The position numbers and the translations under genes were made by a program. This document shows, in pieces, positions 54,821-63,575 of a stretch of DNA of 64,000 bases (position 1 is the first letter of the stretch; the number at the start of each line of letters is the position of its first letter). The stretch is taken from assembly GCA_963785845.1 (NCBI GenBank), contig CAWAWP010000003.1, positions 605,324 through 669,323 of the forward strand, in the 5' to 3' direction. The notes under the pieces were generated by a model. The model was not told where the DNA came from. It did no database searches and was given only the letters and a program-made list of their open reading frames with translations. The stretch comes from an uncultured Chloroflexia bacterium (GTDB lineage: Bacteria > Chloroflexota > Ktedonobacteria > Ktedonobacterales > JADMIN01).

Positions 54821-57478
54821 ATGAACAACCGTCCGGACGGTTTCTTCGCATTGGATGCGGCGGGCGCCTTGAGCTTCGCCGACGGCAGCGCCGAGCAGGT
54901 GTTCGGCAAGCGTTGCGAAGATCTGGTCGGGCATAACGTTCAGAGGCTGTTCCCTAGAGCGTTGGTTGAGCCATTCACACGCGTGTACAAGCGTGTGCTC
55001 GCCGACGGCACCCCCGCAACGTTCGAGGCATTTTATGCGGCGGTGGATATGCAGATCGAGATGCGGCTGTATCCCACCGCTGGCGGCGTTGCCGTCTATC
55101 TGCATGACAGTGCGAGCCGCCGGCATCTGGAAGAAGATCTCGAACATGCGTTGGCGCGCGAAAAGGCAGCACACCATGAGGCCGAGAGGAGGCGCGGGGA
55201 GGCTGAGGCCGCCTCTCAGCGTCTGCTTCAGCTCCATGAAGTGACGGACGTGGCGCTGAGCCATCTCGCGCTAGCCGACTTAGCCCCTGCCGTCCTCGAA
55301 CGTATTTGCTCGCTGATGGCTGTCGACACCGCTGCCATCTTGCTGTTGACCGAGGATCGGCGGGCGCTCACCGTACACGCCGGCCGGGGGGCATTCAACC
55401 AACGGGTGCGCATACCGCTGGGGCGGGGTATCGCGGGACGCATCGCCGCTAGTCGCCAACCGTTGATTGCAGACGACCTCTCGACGATCGAAGTTGTCCA
55501 GCCGTCGCTACGTGACAATTTGTGCGCGGTGGCTGGGGTGCCTCTGTTGGTTGAGGGCCGGTGCATTGGCGTCTTGCAGGTGGGATCAGCAACACCGCGC
55601 CTGTTCGCCGAGCCAGACGTTCGTTTGCTCCAACTGGTGGGCGATCGAATCGCCCTGACTATCGACCACGTTCAATTGTACGAGATGGCCAAGGCGGGAT
55701 ACGCCGAAGCCGAGGCACGGGCAAGCGAGCTGGAAGCAACGTTCGCGACGATGACCGATGGCGTTTTCGTCGCCGATCGACAGGGGAACAGAGTTCGAAT
55801 CAATCAGGCATTTCGTCGGTTGATGGGGCTGGAGCAAAGTTCAGACTCTGTCGGCATATCACCGTCCGAACGAAGCGTCTTGTTCGATATTCGAGATGCC
55901 AAAGGCCAGCCTGTGCCGCCCGAGCGCCTACCTGCTGCCCGCATTCTGCATGGCGAGGTGCTCGAAGGCGCCTCAGCGATGGATTTGACGCTGCGAGCGC
56001 TGGATGGCCGTGAGGTGGAAGCCAACGTGACCGGTGCGCCAGTGCGGACCACCGAGGACGGTATAGTCGGCGCGGTTGCGGTGTATCGCAACGTCACCGA
56101 GCAACGAAATCTGGAGCGGCGATCCTGGGAGACGCTGCAGGCGCTGCTCAATGTGGCCGAAGCCATCGTCAAGCCTGATAGCACTGCCGAGACTTCCTCA
56201 GCATTGGTTGCGAATACGGTGATCCGTCGCTTCGCGGAACTGGCGCGCAGCCTGCTAGACTGCCAGCGCATAAGCTTCATGGTGTTGGACCCAGAGACCG
56301 AGCAGCTTCAGTTGCTGTTCGGCTTGGGCTTGACGCCGCAAGCAAAGCGGCACTGGAAAGCCCAGGCTCGCCGCCGGATGGGGGACTTCCTTCCGACGGC
56401 ACTCATCGAGCGCTTGCAAGCAGGTGACGTAGTAGTTGGCGACTCCACAGCCATAGCGCCAGCGAGTCGGCAGCCACACGAGGCAGGCCAGTCGCTGCTT
56501 GCCCCATTGCGCAGCGGATCGAAGCTTATGGGGCTACTCGCGATAGACTATGGGAACGATCCGCATCAGTTCACCCAACGGGAAAACACCATCGCGGGCA
56601 TGGTTGCTCAGTTGTGCTCAGCGGTATTCGAGCGAGAGCGCCTGGTGCGTGAGCGCGAAGCGGCGTATCAGAGTGAGATCGCATCGCGCGAGGCAACGAA
56701 GCGGATGGAGATCTTCATGGCTATGGCGAGCCACGAGTTCAGAACGCCCCTGACGGTCATCAAGGGGTATCTGCACCTGGCGGAGCGCTATCTGGGCCTT
56801 CGCCAGCCGGATGGAGAGATCGCCGCGCCTCTGGCGCGGGCCCTCCAGGCGACACGCGAGTCTGTGGCGCTGGCACAACAGGCTTCGGCGCGCCTGACCG
56901 GCTTGCTAGACGACCTGTTGCAGGTCTCGAGCGCGCAGACGGGCAAGCTTCGGGTAGATACGCAGCCTTGCGACCTGATAACCATTGTGCGTGACACGGT
57001 GTCTGAACAGCGACGGGTGAATCCGACACGTCAACTGCGTCTACGACTCCCGGCGAAACGGCGCCCGCCCGTTAACGCCCATCCTGAGCGAATCGCACAG
57101 GTCGTGACTAACTATCTAACAAATGCCCTCAAGTACAGTGCGGCAGACCAGCCGGTAGAGGTGCGCGTGCAGATGCTGAGGCAATTTGCGCGAGTCTCTG
57201 TGCGCGACCGCGGCCCAGGTATACGTGCCGAAGACCAAAAAGCTGTCTGGGAAGGTTTCTACCAGACGCCCGGCGTTGAGCGGCAGGCCGGCCCGAATGC
57301 GGGTCTTGGGCTGGGGCTCTACATCTGCCGGACGATCATCGAGCAGCACGGTGGGCGGGTGGGTGTAGACAGCTCTGTCGGTCGAGGATCGGCCTTCTGG
57401 TTCACACTTCCGCTCTCCACCTATGCCTTGCGATCTCACCCAGAGCCTCTCCACTCGAATGAGGTACAGAGTAGCTAG
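54821..57478 (+). CDS. Cytoplasmic PAS/GAF/PAS/GAF sensor histidine kinase (classical HisKA)
   Basis: PAS-like N-terminus (FFALDAAGALSFADGSAEQVFGKRCEDLVGHNV). GAF-like blocks (TAAILLLTEDRRALTVHAG...GIAGRIAASRQPLIADDL...PLLVEGRCIGVLQVG). H-box AMASHEFRTPLTVIKGY (His codon 56732-56734). HATPase blocks (VVTNYLTNALKYS, VRDRGPGI, GLGLGLYICRTIIEQHGG). The ORF is open from ATG 54620, but the first 67 aa are Arg/Ser-rich, so the start is uncertain. Confidence 0.9.
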   Translation: MNNRPDGFFALDAAGALSFADGSAEQVFGKRCEDLVGHNVQRLFPRALVEPFTRVYKRVLADGTPATFEAFYAAVDMQIEMRLYPTAGGVAVYLHDSASRRHLEEDLEHALAREKAAHHEAERRRGEAEAASQRLLQLHEVTDVALSHLALADLAPAVLERICSLMAVDTAAILLLTEDRRALTVHAGRGAFNQRVRIPLGRGIAGRIAASRQPLIADDLSTIEVVQPSLRDNLCAVAGVPLLVEGRCIGVLQVGSATPRLFAEPDVRLLQLVGDRIALTIDHVQLYEMAKAGYAEAEARASELEATFATMTDGVFVADRQGNRVRINQAFRRLMGLEQSSDSVGISPSERSVLFDIRDAKGQPVPPERLPAARILHGEVLEGASAMDLTLRALDGREVEANVTGAPVRTTEDGIVGAVAVYRNVTEQRNLERRSWETLQALLNVAEAIVKPDSTAETSSALVANTVIRRFAELARSLLDCQRISFMVLDPETEQLQLLFGLGLTPQAKRHWKAQARRRMGDFLPTALIERLQAGDVVVGDSTAIAPASRQPHEAGQSLLAPLRSGSKLMGLLAIDYGNDPHQFTQRENTIAGMVAQLCSAVFERERLVREREAAYQSEIASREATKRMEIFMAMASHEFRTPLTVIKGYLHLAERYLGLRQPDGEIAAPLARALQATRESVALAQQASARLTGLLDDLLQVSSAQTGKLRVDTQPCDLITIVRDTVSEQRRVNPTRQLRLRLPAKRRPPVNAHPERIAQVVTNYLTNALKYSAADQPVEVRVQMLRQFARVSVRDRGPGIRAEDQKAVWEGFYQTPGVERQAGPNAGLGLGLYICRTIIEQHGGRVGVDSSVGRGSAFWFTLPLSTYALRSHPEPLHSNEVQSS

Positions 57479-57798
57479 ACGGATAGTGGCAAGACTCGAC
57501 CAGTAGACGCACCCTCGATGGTGGTCAGAACCATCGCAGTCGTCTAAAGTGGGTCAGAGTGGCCTGGGGCCGGAGAAGATGAGCGCTCGCCCACCATCGT
57601 CGCGGTGTGTCGGTAAGCGCGGAACGTGCAGTATCGCTAGCGTAGTCACCCTCTAAGAATGCTGTAGGCAGTGCACACAACCGGTGATGCGAGCATCGAC
57701 ACCGGCGTGCTGAGCCATGCAGCCAGCGGCCTTATGCCAGGAAACGCGTCGCCCTCTAGTGCGAGCGCCAGATTGGCCTCCCAGGTAGGGACAGCCAC

Positions 57799-58263
57799 AT
57801 GAATAGCTACGAATCCAAGTTGCGAGGGCAATGGAGTGCAGACCTGCTCAGGATCGCGGCGCAGATCGAAGACTTGAAGGCGAGGATCGAAAGTGAGTCG
57901 CGCCAGGTGTATGCCAGCCTGTCCGCGGAGGTCGCTGCACTTCAATCTGAGCTGGAGCGGCTCGAAGCCGCCGTGGCTAGCGACGATGAGGATGTGCACG
58001 CCAGACGCATTGCCAGGCAGATCGAGGAATTGAGTGCGAAGGGGGACGCCGCCTATCAACTGTTGCAGGCAGGGCCATCCGCGCAGTTCGATCCCACCGA
58101 AGCCGAAATCAGACGACTGGAAGCCATTGCGTCCACCGCCAGCGGAGCCGCCAGGGCTAAGATCGAGGCGCGTGTGCGTGCTCTGCGATCGGCGCAGGCG
58201 GCTTCCCAGATGGGGGCCCATGCCGACGACGACCTGGCGAGCCAGAGTGGTGACACCGCATAG
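57799..58263 (+). CDS. Hypothetical coiled-coil protein (154 aa)
   Basis: The sequence is heptad-like and rich in Ala/Glu/Arg/Leu/Gln (LRIAAQIEDLKARIESESRQVYASLSAEVAALQSELERLEAAVA...). It is more protein-like than the overlapping minus-strand ORF. The RBS is weak. Confidence 0.5.
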   Translation: MNSYESKLRGQWSADLLRIAAQIEDLKARIESESRQVYASLSAEVAALQSELERLEAAVASDDEDVHARRIARQIEELSAKGDAAYQLLQAGPSAQFDPTEAEIRRLEAIASTASGAARAKIEARVRALRSAQAASQMGAHADDDLASQSGDTA

Positions 58264-58525
58264 TGACAGTGCGTGCTGACCTTACGGCTAGGATCCAGCC
58301 GTTGGCGCGAAGAGCGGCGAACTATCCCCTGAAATGCTCCCTGCGCGGGGGCGCTCGACCCTGGTAGTCACCTATAGTGAAGACACTGATCCACGGGCGC
58401 GGGAACGACGCACCTGAATGACCTGCAAGCAATGGTTATTCGCCGGGGTCGTTCTAGCAAAACCACGCTCGCGCATCGGTATCCAACCCTATTCACGCAC
58501 CGTTGGCGCGAAGGAGACACCCAAC

Positions 58526-59035
58526 ATGTCGGAAACACACACTGAGCCACCCACCAGCCGGCAAAGCTCGTCCACTGCGACGACCCCCCGCACTTCGAGC
58601 TCTGGCGACGCACCGCAGCTAGTGCCGGCGCGGATCGTTGAGGCCGTCCAGTTGGATTCCGGGCAGGGCAAAACGGTCATTGCCGAAAGCGTTGTCTCCA
58701 AGATCGCCGGAGCGGCCGCGCGGGAAATTCAGGGCGTACACGATCTCGTCCCAATGGGCGCCGGTGCCACCATCGCCGGTCTCGCTGGGCGCCTCGCTCG
58801 CACCGACCAGCGCTCCTCAGGGGTGAATGTCGAGGTGGGGCAACGCGAAGCCGCCGTCGATCTGAATATGCGGGTGGACTACGGCGTGAGCATCCCGCAG
58901 GTCGCCGAGGCAGTGCGACAGAACATATCCGAGCGTGTGCACGAGATGACCGGACTTGTCGTCAAAGAGGTCAATATCAATGCCGCTGACCTCTACTTCC
59001 CGGACGAAGAGGCCGCGCAGGCGCGCGTGCAATAG
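58526..59035 (+). CDS. Asp23/Gls24-family envelope stress protein
   Basis: AAGGAGA RBS. GKTVIAESVVSKIAGAAAREIQGVHDLV...GVNVEVGQREAAVDLNMRVDYGVSIPQVAEAVRQNISERVHEMTGLVVKEVNINAADL. Confidence 0.85.
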   Translation: MSETHTEPPTSRQSSSTATTPRTSSSGDAPQLVPARIVEAVQLDSGQGKTVIAESVVSKIAGAAAREIQGVHDLVPMGAGATIAGLAGRLARTDQRSSGVNVEVGQREAAVDLNMRVDYGVSIPQVAEAVRQNISERVHEMTGLVVKEVNINAADLYFPDEEAAQARVQ

Positions 59036-59086
59036 GCGACGCGCCACGGATGTGGACGTGAAGCCCGGTTTAGGATCGGGGCCAAG

Positions 59087-59545
59087 ATGTCACATGCCGC
59101 CATCGGACGCTCAAAAGATACGCATCCCTCGTCGACGCGCCTGGCCAGTGGGCAAGAGCACCGCTGGCCAGAGCAGATGCGCGACGCCGACCTCGCCAGC
59201 GCTGTCGCGCAAGCGGTGCGTCTGGTACCTGGGGTGGTGGATCTGAGTGCCGGGCTCATCGCGACCGTGGCGACTTACGGCCCGGGGCAACGGGTGGATG
59301 GCATCATCGTGCACCATCCGAACGTAGACGAAGTGATCATCGAGGTGCACGTGGTGCTCAGCGAGTCACACTGCAAGCTGGCCGCACGTCGCGCGACCGC
59401 GGGACCGGCGGAGCGCGGCTCCGACACTCATGGGCCCGTGACCGAGATCGCCAGCCAGGTCCGTAGTGTGGTGCGCACTACGGTGCAGAACATGACGTCG
59501 CTGACTCTCGTGCGGGCCGACGTATTCGTAGACGATCTCCAATGA
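59087..59545 (+). CDS. Asp23-like protein (divergent)
   Basis: LASAVAQAVRLVPGVVDLSAG...VDGIIVHHPNVDEVIIEVHVVL...EIASQVRSVVRTTVQNMTSLTLVRADVFVDDL follows the Asp23 fold pattern and sits in the operon context. The start is uncertain (ATG 59087 or 59177). Confidence 0.6.
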   Translation: MSHAAIGRSKDTHPSSTRLASGQEHRWPEQMRDADLASAVAQAVRLVPGVVDLSAGLIATVATYGPGQRVDGIIVHHPNVDEVIIEVHVVLSESHCKLAARRATAGPAERGSDTHGPVTEIASQVRSVVRTTVQNMTSLTLVRADVFVDDLQ

Positions 59546-59610
59546 GGGAAGTGCGGGCGAGTAGGCGCGTTCGCCCGTGAGCAGACGCCTGCCTCGCTGA
59601 TGGCGCATGT

Positions 59611-60240
59611 GTGAGGTCGGAAGAACCCATGACAACTTTCAACCGAATCTTCATGTTGCTGCTAGGCCTCATCATCTTTGCGTTCGGCACCATCACCTTT
59701 CTGTTGCTGAGCGGCATCGTTGTGCCGGGCAATACGTACCTACGAAGCATCCTCGCGCTCTACAACGCGTGGCGGGCGATTGTCCTGCTGCGCGGAGCGT
59801 CGACCAACATCGCGCTGCTGATTTCGTTGGGCCTGATGCTTGTGGGACTCGTGCTGGTCATCCTGGAATTGCTGCCAGTGGGCAGGCTATTGTTCCGGCG
59901 TCGCGAGTCGAAGCTGTATGTCGTGCGAGACGATCCGCTGGGACAGGTGACGCTGGAGCATTCGGTGGTGCGCGATCTCGTACGCCACGAAGCAGAAAGC
60001 GTGACCGGAGTAGTCCACGCGGAGCCCGACGTCAAAGACGCCGAAGACGGTCTTCACATTGGAGCGCGTGTCACGCTCGCCTGGGGAGTGGACACGCGGG
60101 CGGTTGGGCAGCTCCTGCAGGAGCAGATCGCGGAAGCCGTAAAGAGCCAGCTTGGGCTGCTCGTTGCGCAGGTACAAGTGACCGTCCAGGCAGCTCCCGC
60201 GGCGAAGGACAACCGGCGGCACATGGCGCGTGTGGCGTAA
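59611..60240 (+). CDS. AmaP-like alkaline-shock membrane anchor protein
   Basis: Two N-terminal TM helices (FNRIFMLLLGLIIFAFGTITFLLL, IALLISLGLMLVGLVLVILELL) are followed by an Asp23-like soluble part (VTLEHSVVRDLVRHEAESVTGVVHAEPDV...). It sits in the position typical of Asp23 operons. Confidence 0.6.
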   Translation: MRSEEPMTTFNRIFMLLLGLIIFAFGTITFLLLSGIVVPGNTYLRSILALYNAWRAIVLLRGASTNIALLISLGLMLVGLVLVILELLPVGRLLFRRRESKLYVVRDDPLGQVTLEHSVVRDLVRHEAESVTGVVHAEPDVKDAEDGLHIGARVTLAWGVDTRAVGQLLQEQIAEAVKSQLGLLVAQVQVTVQAAPAAKDNRRHMARVA

Positions 60241-60397
60241 CTGCTGTGACGCGAGACGCCAGACGGCATATTTCGCTGGCTGGATGACAATCGTTCGCGC
60301 ATGATGCGCGAGGCGGTTGCGCGTATGGTGAGGTCGTCGGACCCAAGCGTGGAGGGCCAGGGCGCGTGGTCGACGAGGAAGAAGGGAATGCACCGGA

Positions 60398-60604
60398 ATG
60401 TCTTCAGGTCAAACACGCGGTCTCGTGGTCGGCGTCGTTCTCGGCATCGTCTGGGCGTGGTTAGGGTTCGGCGCAGTGCTGCTCACGGCCGGACTCGGCC
60501 TCGTAGGCTGGCTGGCCGGTTCTGTGTTGGGCAGCATGGCCACGCGCGATGTCAGCATCGCCGAATTGTGGAACGCCGTGCAGGGACGACGCGCGGAATC
60601 GTGA
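60398..60604 (+). CDS. Small two-TM membrane protein (DUF2273-like)
   Basis: GLVVGVVLGIVWAWLGFGAVLLTAGLGLVGWLAGSVLG. It is a common small partner in Asp23 clusters. Recognition is by pattern only. Confidence 0.55.
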   Translation: MSSGQTRGLVVGVVLGIVWAWLGFGAVLLTAGLGLVGWLAGSVLGSMATRDVSIAELWNAVQGRRAES

Positions 60605-60772
60605 CCGCTTCCACCACCGATCAGCGAGCTCAGTTGCGGTGCTTCGCCGGGGCGGCCATCGCCTCAGGTGGACCCGTAGGGCCGAGCGAACCTTGAGCGC
60701 AATGCTGGACGCAAGCGCACAACAGCGGCTATCGACGGGAATGGCGTCCGTTGCCATCGATCGGGGAGAGCC

Positions 60773-61177
60773 ATGGCGGAAGAGGACAGCGCTGTCGAGA
60801 TGTCCGCTATGGATCACGCCACCGGTGATACCGTCACGGACCACCTGGCGAACAAGCGCACGATGCTCGCCTGGTCGCGGACGGGGATCGCGATCATCGC
60901 CTTGGGTTTTGTGGTCTCGCGCTTCGGCCTGCTCCTGCGTGCGTTGCAGGTGGTGGCATCCAACCCACTGCCCGAAGGCACCTCTACTCTTATCGGCGCC
61001 GTCTTAGTGCTCATTGGCGGCTTCCTGATCATCCTCGCCAGTCTGGACTACGTGCGTACAGGGCGCGCCATCGAGCGCGGCGTGTATCGCTGGTCTCCTA
61101 ACCTCGAGGTCGCCTTGAGCATTCTGCTGGTGCTCGCCGCCGCCGTACTGACCGCTTACCTCGTCTTGACAGCGTAG
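60773..61177 (+). CDS. DUF202 (YidH-like) membrane protein
   Basis: The signature LANKRTMLAWSRTGIAIIALGFVVSRFG is followed by two further TM helices. Confidence 0.75.
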   Translation: MAEEDSAVEMSAMDHATGDTVTDHLANKRTMLAWSRTGIAIIALGFVVSRFGLLLRALQVVASNPLPEGTSTLIGAVLVLIGGFLIILASLDYVRTGRAIERGVYRWSPNLEVALSILLVLAAAVLTAYLVLTA

Positions 61178-61281
61178 AACGACGTCTCGTCCCGGCAGTA
61201 GCCTCTGGCCTCAGTCCCTCGCAGAGCAGACCTGATTAGCGCGGTCGTGGCGCTGCCGGGGATGGTTGCGCACGCGCGGCA

Positions 61282-61332
61282 ACATCCCTGCGCGCCGATG
61301 GCGTTGTGGTCATGGCGACCGCGCAGGGATGT
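61282..61332. terminator. Perfect 13-bp inverted repeat (acatccctgcgcg N25 cgcgcagggatgt) between convergent genes; possible bidirectional terminator
   Basis: The arms at 61282-61294 and 61320-61332 are exact reverse complements. The repeat lies between the plus-strand stop at 61177 and the minus-strand stop at 61362. No U-tract on either strand. Confidence 0.35.
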
Positions 61333-61361
61333 CTAGGGTACAGGCTTGCGGTGCGCGAGAG

Positions 61362-61652
61362 CTATTTGGTGTTCTTGGGGCCAATGAGTCCGTAGACTGC
61401 CGGGCCGACGAAGAATGGCACGAGGATAATCAGGATCACCGACCAGCCGAAATGGCGCTCCTGAATCGAGTCGAGCAGAGCGATGATCCAGGCAATGGCG
61501 TAGACGAGCAGGCCGGCGACCAGCAGCAGGATGCCTCCGCCGATGTTGTCGCTGCCGTTGCCGAAGGCGAATCTGATGCCGAAGATGGTGGCGGCGACGG
61601 TGGCGACCGTCAAAACCAGCACAGTCCACTTGCTCAAAAAGGTGTACTTCAC
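61362..61652 (-). CDS. Small three-TM membrane protein (hypothetical)
   Basis: GGGGAGG lies 7 nt upstream of GTG 61652. KYTFLSKWTVLVLTVATVAATIFGI...GGGILLLVAGLLVYAIAWIIALLDSIQERHFGWSVILIILVPFFVGPAVYGLIG. Confidence 0.55.
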   Translation of the reverse strand: MKYTFLSKWTVLVLTVATVAATIFGIRFAFGNGSDNIGGGILLLVAGLLVYAIAWIIALLDSIQERHFGWSVILIILVPFFVGPAVYGLIGPKNTK

Positions 61653-61768
61653 AGCATAGCCTCCCCAATAGACCACTCGCGGAACGACACTCAAGCGGCC
61701 GACACCGACGAATACGAGCAACGGGGCCGCATTGTTGCACAACTCGGCTGAGTTTTCAAGAGGGTAGT

Positions 61769-62248
61769 TTAGGGGATGGGCTGGCGCGCGGGCGGCGGCG
61801 GAACGCGCACAAGCTCGTCGAGGATGCGCTCAAGGGCGGCGGCGGGTTCGGCACAGACGCCGCTGTGAACGGGCGAGGGTTGGATCATGGCGCTGGCGGG
61901 GGCGACGAGCCAGTGGAAGCGCTCCGCCTGCGCTAAGTGGGCGATCGGCCCGCCGCGCGGATCGCCGGCGGCGATGCTCACCAGGGCATCGAGTTGACGG
62001 TGGACGGCGGCGAGATCGAGATCGGGCGCGAGGGCTAGCAGGCGTGCGTCATCCACGGCGAGGGCGGCGCGCAGGAAGCGGCGCGTGCGGCAAAAGAGCA
62101 CGGCGCCGACGTTCATGAACTCGCCACGCTCGACCCGCGGAACGACGCGGAGCAGCGCGTAGTCATAGGTGCTCCGCGGCCTGGCGGCCTGTGGGTCAGG
62201 CGCGGTCTCCGGTGTGGACTCAGGCGGAGACGAGCTGGGCATGGGCAT
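61769..62248 (-). CDS. DUF3037-family protein
   Basis: YDYALLRVVPRVERGEFMNVGAVLFCRTRRFL...FHWLVAPASAMIQPSPVHSG matches my recollection of the DUF3037 pattern. The start overlaps the upstream gene by 29 nt. Confidence 0.7.
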   Translation of the reverse strand: MPMPSSSPPESTPETAPDPQAARPRSTYDYALLRVVPRVERGEFMNVGAVLFCRTRRFLRAALAVDDARLLALAPDLDLAAVHRQLDALVSIAAGDPRGGPIAHLAQAERFHWLVAPASAMIQPSPVHSGVCAEPAAALERILDELVRVPPPPARQPIP

Positions 62249-63062
62249 GTGCCGCCTCCTCTGCGAATGCGCGTGGGGCGTGCAGGCGATCGACGAGGTA
62301 GCGCAGGTACGCGGCGCGATGCGCCTCTGGCGTGGCGAAGGGTGACCCGTCGCGGGCGAGCCATTCGTCGGGGATCAGCGCGACGATAGCCGCGAGGCGT
62401 GGGGCGTCGAGCAGGGAGGCGAGGCGTGCGTCGGCCTGGGCGAGCGCGGAGGCGTAGGGCAGCAGGACGTGATCCTTGATCATCGGGAATGGCGCGCGGC
62501 TGCGCTCCTCGTACCCTTGCCAGTTGTGATGGAAGTAGAGCGCGGCGCCGTGGTCGATGAGCCAGAGCCGCGCATGCCAGACGAGCAGGTTGGGGTTGCG
62601 CGGTGTGCGATCGACATTGGTGATGTAGGCGTCGAACCAGACGAGCGCCGACGCGAGGTCGGCGTCGGGTGCTGGCCGCACGGCGGGGGTGTAGGTCAGC
62701 GAGCCGGGTAGGTAGTCGAGCGCGAGATTGAGGCCACCGCTGGCGGCGATGAGGTCGTGCAGCTCAGGATCCGGCTCGGAGCGCGCGAGGATGGGATCGA
62801 GCCGCATGAGGACGATCTCGGGGACGAGCAGGCCGAGCGCGCGGGCGATCTCGCCGCCGATCAACTCGGCGAGCAACGCGTTGATGCCTTGCGCGGCGCC
62901 ACGAAATTTGAGGACGTAGAGCCCGTCGTCCTCCGCCTCGACGATGGCGGGGACGGAGCCGCCCTCGCGGAGCGGGGTGACGTAGCGGGTGGCGTGGAGC
63001 GTGCGGAGCATGACGTTCTCGCTGGCGGCCGAAGCCGTATCTAAGTGCCCGTGGTGACGCAT
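62220..63062 (-). CDS. HipA-like kinase-fold protein (usual partner of DUF3037)
   Basis: PLREGGSVPAIVEAEDDGLYVLKFRGAAQG...LLAELIGGEIARALGL...WFDAYITNVDRTPRNPNLLVW...LWLIDHGAALYFHH has a catalytic-loop-like (D/N)R.....N and an IDHG. The start is uncertain (63062 or 63011). Confidence 0.65.
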   Translation of the reverse strand: MRHHGHLDTASAASENVMLRTLHATRYVTPLREGGSVPAIVEAEDDGLYVLKFRGAAQGINALLAELIGGEIARALGLLVPEIVLMRLDPILARSEPDPELHDLIAASGGLNLALDYLPGSLTYTPAVRPAPDADLASALVWFDAYITNVDRTPRNPNLLVWHARLWLIDHGAALYFHHNWQGYEERSRAPFPMIKDHVLLPYASALAQADARLASLLDAPRLAAIVALIPDEWLARDGSPFATPEAHRAAYLRYLVDRLHAPRAFAEEAAHAHAQLVSA

Positions 63063-63575
63063 CCCGCCGGCGATGGCTGGGACCCGTCAGGGGCGGAAAT
63101 GGGGCGTCGTGCCTGAAATACTAACGGATTGGGCGAGATCGGCGCGGGAGAAAGTCGCCGCAATCTTCCGCTTTCAACGATCCACAATTTCCGTTTTCTT
63201 CCGCTTTTTCGTCGCGATCGACCAATTCCTTGGTGAGAAGGGCGGAACGCGCGGGCGAGATGCGCGGGGCGGAAACTACGCTTTCCCCACAGAGGAGGGG
63301 TGGTGAGATGTGGCTTCCGCGATGGGCAACGCCGCTCCGTTCATCGAGGGCAGCATAGCACATCGGCGGGGCGAAAGTGGTCGCGAGGGCCGGACATTTC
63401 CCGCCATTGCCCGTCGGTTCCGCTCACCAGTTTGCGGTCGTGAGGATGCGAGCAGACACGTCACGCGGCGATGCTGCGAAGTTGCGTTATATTTCGCCGA
63501 TCTTGGACGACATAGAGAGTGCGACACTATGCTGGCATGTGCTGGCGACTCTCTGCACCTGGAAAGGGGTCGGGG

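Noticed and set aside
57646-58221. 191-aa minus-strand ORF overlapping the coiled-coil gene.
   Set aside because: Its composition is less protein-like than the plus-strand heptad-repeat ORF, and it has no RBS. I kept the plus-strand call, at modest confidence only.
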